64,000 bases of DNA from an uncultured archaeon (GTDB taxonomy: Archaea > Asgardarchaeota > Thorarchaeia > Thorarchaeales > Thorarchaeaceae): NCBI GenBank assembly GCA_964473825.1, contig CAYYQL010000008.1:1-64000 (forward strand), written 5' to 3'. The position numbers were made by a program, and so were the translations under genes. Shown here in pieces: positions 30,501 to 38,682 of the stretch; position 1 is the first letter of the stretch; each line of letters starts with the position of its first letter. The notes below the pieces were generated by a model. It saw only the letters and a program-made list of their open reading frames with translations. It did no database searches and was not told the DNA's origin.

Positions 30501-30904
30501 TCACTCGTGATGCAGTTCTGGCTCACATGAAAGACATGCTGGCGAGGGCAAAATCCAAAGTTACCCTGATAATCCCTGAGGCGCAGGATATTCCTACGGA
30601 CACCCTGAAAGAGCTCAAGAGCACAATCGGTGTTGAAGTGGTGGTAACTGAGAGCCCAGTGTTGAATCGTGAGGTTGGACCGCTAGTTGGACGTGGAAAC
30701 ATTCGTGTCAGGAGCAGGTCTGAGAAGGATGTCTATGCATGCGTCCGGGACAGTGAGGAGGTGCTGCTTGCTCCTGCTGCCTCTACAGATTCAGATGTCA
30801 TTGGCTTCGTATCAGAAGATGATGGTTTCGTGCGTTTCGTCATGAGTATTATCGGGCCTATCTTCCAAGCTCGAACCACTATGCTCAAGCCTGACGATAT
30901 GTAG
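27536..30904 (+). CDS. TrmB-type wHTH + ~850-aa amphipathic helical rod + C-terminal TrmB effector-like (PLD-like) domain
   Basis: LGVSESEMSAYSVVLSLG...LVEKEMI...RYQAVPP (TrmB N-domain); long S/E/L/A-rich helical region; C-terminal MKDMLARAKSKVTLIIP...VRDSEEVLLAP; TTG 27536 follows AGGAGTGG. Confidence 0.75.
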   Translation: MSEREYTDESDEKEREDEHEDSPKEQAHDSDEGDTSRSPLYEDLGVSESEMSAYSVVLSLGNVTKGDLVLLLRDQGLDDVDFLVQSLVEKEMIVELPGIVTRYQAVPPFDGLAEEVSHISQRMQSLRDELREQILTASKQVRDALLALSSQKLESIRLEKEQIHQSKENAIDRLERTISDLESDRNSLEDHLGAQMGETTSAWTQETVSVTQSALDDSKGNLSSLGSQIEDELSGINVDIEDQFKTLNSELGSSLSDVTSQAISGIEAKNEELNQELNSNSEALSARLSSTERSLVNSVEDTHHRTATSLEEISDRINTGIEKVEGDVGVSIDSAVNMVNDQYDALEAEMVQALSNHAAREYEILDEHSKVLDDEISEFGSSKDEAVSMLKNRLENAVSEYESSAGTAVSSISEQLQDMSERAKSSVTTASDSMHRLSSQAVQDSYERVDEYATTTLEHVSKEMEQKRQELGESLQSTGNEINAINRESLDLTTGLLETYRSEITQQLRQVMESTSTQLEQVSHETIAELDSLSSSVRDEIAKAISRAKSQTEAMQTRAAERITEAITTSIAGLDSEVSQRIEGSREKHDSMVNKIDATVSREISSGSEVMQELQNKIDADMEKLVASADETRRNQLGALESSLGEERRAAKESLDRAAAETQELVDLLHSGLHDSVNKMRDGINAASSSLDASTERLKVGHTTAKEELLNSTRNDLELQVNTISDQIRSMASSGRSQVREDAAAGMNTFSESLETLQQESSSKFGGVLEEMRSAIGGALEEIHNTFSNSRTETATVVGRVGDDIVASLNEVSSDLSEYKHTAHSRLDKGVSAASKGAQSRLESAKIMVNSVVNTSLQELGSNDERLAGSISSAANKLSSESMAALSETLEKSSAAIERVSADMRNDLRSGYDDIMAHAGSLEDILADAVNDLEKSPTIGVSEESVDQAVSPATETPLDTQRVADVLSKVWERLGATDFPGAKKTWMIVTRDAVLAHMKDMLARAKSKVTLIIPEAQDIPTDTLKELKSTIGVEVVVTESPVLNREVGPLVGRGNIRVRSRSEKDVYACVRDSEEVLLAPAASTDSDVIGFVSEDDGFVRFVMSIIGPIFQARTTMLKPDDM

Positions 30905-31125
30905 CGTCTATCCAAGAATCAGTCTGAGTCCGTCACTTCGCTAGGAAGAAACTATCTTCAGTTGTACGCATCGCAGAGCATTGTCAGACCGTGAGGATAT
31001 GTAACACATTCATCGACCATCGATCAAAGGACAATTTCCATGACACTACCAATGCTCCGGAGAATCGGATAGACAGATTCATCAAGCAAGCGCTGGTGAC
31101 ATCACAGGAGTGCCGTTTCTGAGTG

Positions 31126-31767
31126 CTAAGCCTTTCTTTTGGTCGATTTGACAATCCCCAGTGTGGCCCGCATCGGATTCAATCCGGTGATTCTTTCTGC
31201 ATACGATCGATTCTTGACCCTGACGATGGCATTGCCTGACTGAGGTTCATACTCCACCAACGAAATCGCCTCTTCCACAGCACTTGGTCCTACTAGCCTG
31301 GCACTGAAACCTAGTAGCAGGATTACTGCAATGAGACCCACGACCGAGAGGGAGCTAGGCCCTCTTCCAGCAATCACTGATTCACCAAGGGTAATGGTCA
31401 GGAAAACCAGGGCAACAAGAGCTATTCCCCCCATCACAGTCAACAGTCCTTTCGCTCTCCCCAGTTCCTCGTAAGAGAGGTCGTGGGACTCACATACGGG
31501 GATTTGGATTGAGGCCATGTTTTGCCTTGCTTCTATGAGTTTCTTGGCCGCAGATCGATCTCTTGGAATCGAAGATCTTGGCATGTTGCCCGGCTGCACG
31601 AATGGTATCCTTGTGTTGCTTGTGGCCTCTCTACCGCATACTGGACAAATGTCTGGAAACTGTATCCTGTTCACGCCATCAAGTTTGACCAGAACATCTC
31701 CCTCATGCAGCATCACAAACACCATCTGGCACTCAGTTCTTTGACTTCTTTCAACACCTTCTACCAA
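31126..31767 (-). CDS. Zn-finger (CPVC...CxxH) 2-TM membrane protein, paralog A
   Basis: FPDICPVC, IPVCESH, two TMs, VRVKNRSYA..I..LNP. Confidence 0.75.
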   Translation of the reverse strand: MVEGVERSQRTECQMVFVMLHEGDVLVKLDGVNRIQFPDICPVCGREATSNTRIPFVQPGNMPRSSIPRDRSAAKKLIEARQNMASIQIPVCESHDLSYEELGRAKGLLTVMGGIALVALVFLTITLGESVIAGRGPSSLSVVGLIAVILLLGFSARLVGPSAVEEAISLVEYEPQSGNAIVRVKNRSYAERITGLNPMRATLGIVKSTKRKA

Positions 31768-31827
31768 ACATGACTATTGCAGTTTTTGGTTTAGGTTTCT
31801 GAATCTACGCTTCAAGTCCTTCAGGAT

Positions 31828-32502
31828 TCAATCTTTCGATGCCAGAATCTCGTAGAAACCTTTGGTTTCGTAACGGTATGTTGATTCAATGCAGAATCCC
31901 AGTGATTCCAAAAGCTCCTGCATCTCATCTGTGCTGAGGACGCAGAAGTATCGTTCATCTGAGTAGAACACCCCTCCCTCTTTCTGTCTCAGATTTGGTT
32001 GGTGTGACAAGTATTCCGGAGAGTATTGGCCAAGCAAGAACATCCCACCTTTCAACAACGACCTGTGTACCAGATTATAGAACTCATCTTTGCTGGGTTG
32101 ACGAATGTGCTGAGATGTGTAGTAGTCGATAACAATGTCATACTGGTCGTGAGGATACTCGAACAAGCTGATGCTGGTGTTGAGCAGGTGATACTGCTCC
32201 TCACTGGCTCCCATCTCCTTGAACTTCTTTGCACAGATCTCGAGGGCCTTTTTCGAGATATCAATTCCAGTGACTTTCAGCCCCTTCTTGAGTAGTGGGA
32301 GAACCGCCTCGCCTGTTCCAATTCCTGCATCAAGGACCATCATGCCTGATTCAGCTGTTGTGACCAGATCGGCAAGACCTCTGAATTCCAGATATCCCTG
32401 TGGATACATTGATCTCCATAGATCGTCTCTCTCGAGATAGGTGTTCTGCCATGACCTGTGGTATACGGAGTGGTCGTCCACGTGGAACACCTCACCGGTC
32501 AA
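31828..32502 (-). CDS. Class I SAM-dependent methyltransferase, directly downstream of nifS-selD
   Basis: VLDAGIGTG, GIDIS, YDIVID, LLKGGMF; TTG start 1 nt after the selD stop. Confidence 0.88.
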   Translation of the reverse strand: MTGEVFHVDDHSVYHRSWQNTYLERDDLWRSMYPQGYLEFRGLADLVTTAESGMMVLDAGIGTGEAVLPLLKKGLKVTGIDISKKALEICAKKFKEMGASEEQYHLLNTSISLFEYPHDQYDIVIDYYTSQHIRQPSKDEFYNLVHRSLLKGGMFLLGQYSPEYLSHQPNLRQKEGGVFYSDERYFCVLSTDEMQELLESLGFCIESTYRYETKGFYEILASKD

Positions 32503-32503
32503 G

Positions 32504-34732
32504 TTATGGGATGACCGTTATCTTCCCTTCACCCTTTGACACAACTCGGCCGATAATTGCCGCTCGATTTACCCCACGCTTAGCAAGCTCTTTCATCAGA
32601 CTATCGGCTCGTTCTTCAGGTATGCTGATCAGCAGCCCTCCGGATGTTTGGGCGTCTGCGAGTAGGATTCTATCCACTTCAGAAATGTCATCATCAAACT
32701 CAACATATGGTTTGACGTAAGCGAGATTGTCCAATGTACCTCCCGGAACAACATTCGCTCCGGCCAAGGCCTTTGCTTTCTGAAGCATCGGTACACTCGT
32801 GGCGTTCAACTCAATATCCACTTTGCTGCCTGCAGCCATCTCTCTCAGATGACCAAGCAGCCCAAAACCTGTGATATCCGTGCAGGCACTGACACCAAGA
32901 CCAGTCATAGCCTCTGCTGCTGCACGATTCAGTTCGGCCATGAGTTCACGAGCCTCCTCAGCTACCTCTTCATCGACGAGACCTCGTTTTATTCCCGTAG
33001 TGATAATCCCAAGCCCAATTGGTTTGGTCAGGATCAGAACGTCTCCCGGTTTGGCTGTGCTATTCCTTAGCACACGATCAGGATGAACAATCCCCGTGAC
33101 TGCGAGCCCGTACTTTGGTTCGGTATCATCGACTGTGTGCCCTCCCACAATCGCAATTCCTGCTTCGGCCGCCTTTTCTTGTGCGCCTCTCAGGATTTCT
33201 TTCAGGACCGACAGGGGTAGTCTATTGGACGGAAACCCCACAACGCTAAGGGCGAAGAGCGGCTTTGCTCCCATTGCGTAGATATCACTAAGTGAGTTCG
33301 CAGCTGAGATGGCTCCGAACCAGTATGGGTCATCCACGATTGGCGTGAAGAAGTCGACAGTTTGCACTATTGCATTGTTCTCATCAAGTCTGTAAACGGC
33401 AGCATCATCTGAGGTTTCAACACCAACCATGATAGCTGGGTCTGAGGGTATCGGAAGATCTCTAAGGACCTCCTCAAGCGCCTGTGGACGAAGCTTGCAT
33501 GCGCAGCCAAGGCCATGAGTATACTGTGTCAGCCTATATTCACCTCTTTCTTCAACCACTATCTCACTTGATTGGAATTCTGTTGGCTGGAGTCTTCTTA
33601 CAGCGTCTGTTACAACTTCAACAGCTCTGTCCACATCTTGCTCGGTAGTGCCCCGACCTACAGAAAACCTGATAGTTCCCATCGCCCATTCAACTGGCAA
33701 CCCCATTGCCTCAAGCACTGGAGAAACATTTACCTCTTCGGCATGGCAGGCTGCTCCGGCCGAGGCGGCGACCCGATCTCCTATCTCTGAGAGCAGTGTA
33801 TTGGCCTCGATGCCTCTGAAACTCACGTTCAGAGTGTTGGGAAGGCGTTCATCTGAATGTCCGTTCAGGCGCAGTCTGTCCTGTCCTAGATTCTCTAGAA
33901 GTTCCTGATAGAGTCGATCCCGCATATTTCTGAAATGAGCCATATTCTTGTCGAGGTCTCTCTCAGCAATCTCGCACGCCTTGCCAAGACCAACTATCTC
34001 TAAGACGTTCTCGGTCCCGGGTCTTCGATTTGATTCGTGGTCGGCACCGTACATAAGCTTGGCAAGATTGGTTCCGGTCCTAATGTAGAGAGCTCCGATA
34101 CCTTTTGGCGCATAGAGCTTGTGGCCTGCTATTGATAATAGGTCCACGCCGAGTTCATCAACACGCACCGGTATCTTTCCAACCGACTGGGCTGCATCAG
34201 TGTGCATAAGTGCCCCGTTTTCATGTGCTATCGCGGCCAACTCACCAACAGGTTGAATCGTGCCTATTTCGTTGTTCGCGTGCATGATTGTTACAAGAAT
34301 TGTATCCTTAGTGATTGCATCTCGCAGGTTGTTCGGGTCGACAAGACCATACTCATCCACAGGGAGCACAGTGATGCGAAATCCTTGGTCTTGAAGCCAC
34401 GCACAGACCTCGGAGACTGCAGGGTGTTCTACAGCAGATGTTATGATATGATTCCCTTTCTCTCGATTTGCCAGAGCAACTCCTCTTATTGCAAGATTGT
34501 TGCTTTCTGTGCCGCCCGAAGTGAAGACAATCTCATATGGGAGGCAACCCAGCAGTGCTGCGACCTGTTCTCTGGCCTTTTCTACTGCTCGCTTGGCCTC
34601 TGCACCGTAGGAATGGTTGCTTGATGGGTTTCCGAAGTGTTCGTACAGGTACGGAGCCATCTCATTAGCCACCTCGCTGGCTATCGGTGTCGTGGCATTA
34701 TAGTCCAGGTAGATTGGATTCTTGTCAGTCAT
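32504..34732 (-). CDS. selD: Fused cysteine desulfurase/selenocysteine lyase (NifS-like) - selenide, water dikinase (SelD, Cys form)
   Basis: N-half: YLDYNATTP, FGNPSS, FTSGGTESNN, HTDAAQ, AGHKLY, SAGAACH. C-half: LTQYTHGLGCACKL, DDAAVY, TVDFFTPIVDDP, ANSLSDIYAMG, GGHT, TDITGFGLLGH, DAQTSGGLL. Confidence 0.95.
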   Translation of the reverse strand: MTDKNPIYLDYNATTPIASEVANEMAPYLYEHFGNPSSNHSYGAEAKRAVEKAREQVAALLGCLPYEIVFTSGGTESNNLAIRGVALANREKGNHIITSAVEHPAVSEVCAWLQDQGFRITVLPVDEYGLVDPNNLRDAITKDTILVTIMHANNEIGTIQPVGELAAIAHENGALMHTDAAQSVGKIPVRVDELGVDLLSIAGHKLYAPKGIGALYIRTGTNLAKLMYGADHESNRRPGTENVLEIVGLGKACEIAERDLDKNMAHFRNMRDRLYQELLENLGQDRLRLNGHSDERLPNTLNVSFRGIEANTLLSEIGDRVAASAGAACHAEEVNVSPVLEAMGLPVEWAMGTIRFSVGRGTTEQDVDRAVEVVTDAVRRLQPTEFQSSEIVVEERGEYRLTQYTHGLGCACKLRPQALEEVLRDLPIPSDPAIMVGVETSDDAAVYRLDENNAIVQTVDFFTPIVDDPYWFGAISAANSLSDIYAMGAKPLFALSVVGFPSNRLPLSVLKEILRGAQEKAAEAGIAIVGGHTVDDTEPKYGLAVTGIVHPDRVLRNSTAKPGDVLILTKPIGLGIITTGIKRGLVDEEVAEEARELMAELNRAAAEAMTGLGVSACTDITGFGLLGHLREMAAGSKVDIELNATSVPMLQKAKALAGANVVPGGTLDNLAYVKPYVEFDDDISEVDRILLADAQTSGGLLISIPEERADSLMKELAKRGVNRAAIIGRVVSKGEGKITVIP

Positions 34733-34806
34733 TCTCTTACAACCTGCAGAGTCTTATGCGCTTGGAGGTTCTAAGCCTCTAAACACTTTTGAAACATACC
34801 ATCTTG

Positions 34807-35418
34807 CTAAGGCGATGGGTGACGCTTTCTCTTGACAGGTGTTGACTTCGTGGGATTCAATCTGAGAATCTCGTCAAGATACTCCTTATTCTTGACTCTC
34901 AGGATGATCTTGCCTGCATTCGGCAGCATGTGCTGAACCGAGATTGCCCTCTCAAGCGCGTTGGGCCCCAGGTCAACGAGTGAAGCAATCATCAGAGATA
35001 CCGCAAGAAAGAACATGATGTACCATTCAAGGGCAATTGGGTTTCCATCATAGAAGCTGAAAGACATGAATGTTCCAAGAAGCAGAGTGGACATGGTTGA
35101 AACACCAGCGATGAAGCCGAAAAAAGTTCTTCTCCGAGAACTCTTATCCGGAGTGTGCGCATGTGCTCTGCATGTCGGGACTCTGAGTCTGCTGACAGAA
35201 GGGGGCAGTAATCGGTTATCATAATCTAGATGTCTGAACCGTGTCGATCTGTAGGACCCAACGAAAGACCTAGCTGGATGTCCTTGGCTGTCACGTTGAG
35301 AGACTGCATGGATTTCTCCCTGATACTCTGCAGCCTTCAGACATACTGGGCAGATTCTTGGAAAATCAAATGGTTGGGTATCGATTCTCACGAAGTAGTC
35401 CTCGGCAAACCATGGCAC
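34807..35418 (-). CDS. Zn-finger (CPVC...CxxH) 2-TM membrane protein, paralog B
   Basis: FPRICPVC, VPTCRAH, two TMs, LRVKNKEYL..I..LNP. Confidence 0.75.
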   Translation of the reverse strand: MPWFAEDYFVRIDTQPFDFPRICPVCLKAAEYQGEIHAVSQRDSQGHPARSFVGSYRSTRFRHLDYDNRLLPPSVSRLRVPTCRAHAHTPDKSSRRRTFFGFIAGVSTMSTLLLGTFMSFSFYDGNPIALEWYIMFFLAVSLMIASLVDLGPNALERAISVQHMLPNAGKIILRVKNKEYLDEILRLNPTKSTPVKRKRHPSP

Positions 35419-35487
35419 TGTGAGTCACGTCACGTTCTATATCTAAGTTAATCCTTAACGTCTCTTCTGGAGATTGCTCACTGCCTC

Positions 35488-35820
35488 TTAGTACCGTTTT
35501 GACTTGCGTGCCCAGTTGGTCAGATTCTCACACGGAAATTGATCGCACTCTGCACAGTGATCCAAGTGCTTACCATCTACACAGCAGGCCAGAATCCAGC
35601 AGTCGGGAGACCAGTGTTCGTCTCGAGGGCCGTGGCATCCCTTGCTGTAGAGTCCTTTCTGAATGGCCTCTGTAACTCCTTCTGTTTCTTCCAGCCAGCC
35701 TTTCTCTCTGAACCATGATAGAGCCTCTGCTGCAGCCTCCGAATCGAACTGAAATGTTCTCAAACTGCATGATTCACAGTCCAGTCCACATGCAGCCATA
35801 TCCACATTTGGAGCTTTCAT
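35488..35820 (-). CDS. DUF3795-like Cys-rich protein (possibly slightly truncated)
   Basis: ACGLDCESC...KGC.G...HWSPDCWILACC...HCAECDQFPC. Confidence 0.75.
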   Translation of the reverse strand: MKAPNVDMAACGLDCESCSLRTFQFDSEAAAEALSWFREKGWLEETEGVTEAIQKGLYSKGCHGPRDEHWSPDCWILACCVDGKHLDHCAECDQFPCENLTNWARKSKRY

Positions 35821-35925
35821 TCCAACAGAGTATCTCTCGTCAACCTTGATATATTCTTGCAGCATTCTTTTTCATCGTAATAATAATTCAGCGTACGACA
35901 GAGTGCTTGACTCTGTGCATCATGT

Positions 35926-36525
35926 ATGGGATGTATCGATATGAACAGTCCGCGGCTATCCATTACAGACGAACAACACGATGAGCTTCATTCTTTTGCC
36001 TTTGATAGATACAATCGCCTAGACCCCACTCACGGTAAGGCCCACGCTGAGAGGACCATGCGTCTTGCAGAGTTCATCGCAAAGAAGGAAGAAGCCAATG
36101 TCATGATCTCGCGATTGGGTGCATTGCTTCATCAATATCACCCTGAAGAGGCTGACCTCGTAGAAGACTTCATGAGAAGAATCGGAATAGACGAACAGAT
36201 TGTGACTGCGGTCATCCATTGCGTATCCTGCGTCGAGCCCCAAACCATCAAGAATGCATTGACGAGAGAGGCAAAGGTTGTCTTTGATGCTGATAAGCTG
36301 CAGACGTTGGGACCCTTTGGCCTGATTCGAGAAGTAGTCTACAGAATGGCGACAAGACAGTTGTCTATGGAAAAAGCCGTTCGTCAGGCTGAAGAGCTAC
36401 AAGAGAACATGATTCATCTGCTCCAGACGGAAACAGGACGCACCCTCGCTCAATCCAGCCGCAGGACCACGAAGGAATTCCTCGAATGCTTCTGGAGATG
36501 GGAAGGACTCTCATTTTTGAAGTAA
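35926..36525 (+). CDS. HD-domain superfamily protein with degenerate HD motif
   Basis: HG..HAER, GALLHQ (HD changed to HQ), EAKVVFDADKLQTLG, TETGRTLA..R. Confidence 0.75.
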   Translation: MGCIDMNSPRLSITDEQHDELHSFAFDRYNRLDPTHGKAHAERTMRLAEFIAKKEEANVMISRLGALLHQYHPEEADLVEDFMRRIGIDEQIVTAVIHCVSCVEPQTIKNALTREAKVVFDADKLQTLGPFGLIREVVYRMATRQLSMEKAVRQAEELQENMIHLLQTETGRTLAQSSRRTTKEFLECFWRWEGLSFLK

Positions 36526-36539
36526 CTACTGGGAATCTC

Positions 36540-37010
36540 CTACTCGAGAGGAGGCCATGAGCCCTGCATCTTCCTGTTTAAGATAATCTGGCCCAAGTGG
36601 TAAGAGTTGTGTGTCGCGAGGACAGCGAAGGCCTTTCCAACAGGTTCGTTCCCCCATGTGGGCATTGGGAGTCTGAGATCTAATGACCCAACCAGTCTTT
36701 CTGCCTCTTTGAGTCCTGTCAGGAACCTCTTCTTCAACGTATTCCAATCACTCTCTTCTGTTTCTGCATATGATGGCCAATCTTTACCTTTCGCCTCTTC
36801 CCAGTCGTATTCCTGTCCTCTTGCTATTGTGAGTGTTGCGTCTTGCCAGAATATCATGTGGTAGAGGATCTCATATGTACTGAAGGCATCGCCGTTTATC
36901 TGCTGCGTTGCAGACTCGTGTGTGAGCCCATCCAACGCTTTGGTCGGATTAACATGGGAGTGTTTCCCGTGTAAAGATTCGCGGAGTATCTCAACAAGAG
37001 GGTCTGTCAT
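36540..37010 (-). CDS. DinB/YfiT family protein
   Basis: STYEILYHMIFWQ, HNSYHLGQI; start refined to ATG 37010. Confidence 0.85.
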   Translation of the reverse strand: MTDPLVEILRESLHGKHSHVNPTKALDGLTHESATQQINGDAFSTYEILYHMIFWQDATLTIARGQEYDWEEAKGKDWPSYAETEESDWNTLKKRFLTGLKEAERLVGSLDLRLPMPTWGNEPVGKAFAVLATHNSYHLGQIILNRKMQGSWPPLE

Positions 37011-37138
37011 GAGCGTAGGTTGTCCTCCATTGCTTCTTATGTTTGTCTGACTTGTTCCATCATTCCTCACTCATCGAAGATATGTTCCTTTCCTGATGTT
37101 TTTAACTACCTATATTATAGTTAACCTGAGATACAAGC

Positions 37139-37567
37139 ATGGCTAATACAGGCGTTAGATCGTTAGACAGTACAGTTCAGAAGACGATAGAGTGGTTCAA
37201 TGCGATGAACGAGGTTCTCGGTTGGCCCGATAATGAGCGGACCTATGCAGCAACGAAGGCTGTTTTGCATGCAATCCGAGACCGTCTACCTTCTGGAGAG
37301 GCTGTTGAGTTTTCAGCACCCATTACGATGCTGATGAAAGGCATGTACTTCGATCAGTACGAGCCGGATGACAAACCTCTCAAGATCCGAAGTCGCGACG
37401 AGTTTTTCGACCTCATCAGAGAGAATTTCGACCAAGGTCCACTTGATGCAGAGAATGCTCTTCGAGCCTTCGTAAAAGTCTATGGTGACAAGACCCAAGG
37501 CGGAGAGTTGGAGGACGTAAGAAAGACCATGCCTGAAGATCTCAGGCCACTCTTTGACCCGGCATGA
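37139..37567 (+). CDS. DUF2267 family protein
   Basis: T..W......LG.....Y.A.KAVLHAIRDRL...EA......; GELEDV...MP.DLR.LF. Confidence 0.85.
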   Translation: MANTGVRSLDSTVQKTIEWFNAMNEVLGWPDNERTYAATKAVLHAIRDRLPSGEAVEFSAPITMLMKGMYFDQYEPDDKPLKIRSRDEFFDLIRENFDQGPLDAENALRAFVKVYGDKTQGGELEDVRKTMPEDLRPLFDPA

Positions 37568-37740
37568 ATGAATCTGGGTCAGAGGAAGCCCGTGGGCTCC
37601 GACAATGTTCGGAGTCCCAATTCCATTTGTCAGCTCATTCTAGTTGTTGATTATGAATTAGAAAGTGTGCCTCTCACTTGGTGAAGAACCCTTCATTGGT
37701 CTTTTCGGCGTCGAAATCAAGTAACCATGACCCATTATTT

Positions 37741-37962
37741 CTAGTCAAGGTGGATTATGGCTACGGGGCAAGCATCAGCAGCTTCCTGTGCACAGTCCTC
37801 GAGGTCATCAGGGATTTCTCCGGTAGATCTATCGCCCTTTCGATACTCCTTAGTGACTGATGCCCAATCGTCGTCGCTCATAACAAACACTTCGGGGCAT
37901 ATATCTTCACATGTCGCACAAGAGATGCATTCCTCTCTATCAATCCTTATTCCCATCGTCAC
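37741..37962 (-). CDS. Ferredoxin (single cluster)
   Basis: CISCATCEDICPEVF ... AADACPVAII. Confidence 0.93.
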   Translation of the reverse strand: MTMGIRIDREECISCATCEDICPEVFVMSDDDWASVTKEYRKGDRSTGEIPDDLEDCAQEAADACPVAIIHLD

Positions 37963-38244
37963 TTCAAATTTACCTCAAATCAGTTTGGAGTAGACGCATG
38001 CCTTTATCAGTGGTAAGTAGGCGGCACTTTGAGAAATTGCTAGATGATTGATGTCCCGGAGAATTGCTAATCAAGATTCTGAGAAAGACCTTCATCTTGT
38101 GGCTTGTTATTTGCTTCACTGCACATTGAAAGAAGGCATAGATTTATGATTTAGCTATCGCCCTCCGAGAACGCCTCGAGAAGAGATTTTATGACGTAAA
38201 TCGAGACTGATGCTTCGACCAGCCTAGAGCTTGTGGGATGAGAA

Positions 38245-38655
38245 ATGGACAAGGACGAACTGTTTGAGTTTTGTGAGAAATGGCTTCACGCCTGGACGGG
38301 CAACAATCCAGAGAAACTAATGGATTATTACACTGAAGATGCGTTGTACGTCGATCCCGCAAATCGGGACGGACTCAGGGGCAAGGCTGAGATCAGAGAG
38401 TACTTCGAGAAACTTCTGGATGTATACCGCGACTGGGTCTGGAAACCGATAGAGGTATTCCCGATCGAATCAGGAACTATCGTCAAATGGGAATGCACAA
38501 TCCCTGTAGGTCCTGAAACACTTTATGAGGTGGGTCTCGACATCGTGGAGCTCGAAGGAAAGAAGATATCCAGGAACGAAGTCTACTTCGACAGAACGAG
38601 GCTTGTTGCGGCTGTCAAGCAGAAGCGAACTAAGCAGAGGCTCATCAATCTTTAG
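38245..38655 (+). CDS. SnoaL/NTF2-like protein
   Basis: WLHAW...YTEDALYVDP...G..EIREYF...GKKISRNEVYFDR. Confidence 0.88.
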   Translation: MDKDELFEFCEKWLHAWTGNNPEKLMDYYTEDALYVDPANRDGLRGKAEIREYFEKLLDVYRDWVWKPIEVFPIESGTIVKWECTIPVGPETLYEVGLDIVELEGKKISRNEVYFDRTRLVAAVKQKRTKQRLINL

Positions 38656-38682
38656 ATTTTTAAAACCTGTTCGAAAGGCATC

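Noticed and set aside
27536-30904. SMC/Rad50 or chemoreceptor call for the long helical proteins (also 51311-52885)
   Set aside because: No Walker A/B, signature, hinge or MCP hairpin motif.
33495-33515. Possible selenocysteine at the SelD active site
   Set aside because: Codons read GGC TGC GCA TGC AAG (GCACK), so Cys and no UGA. MsrA is also the Cys form. I saw no convincing UGA-readthrough gene or SECIS, although this was not an exhaustive scan.
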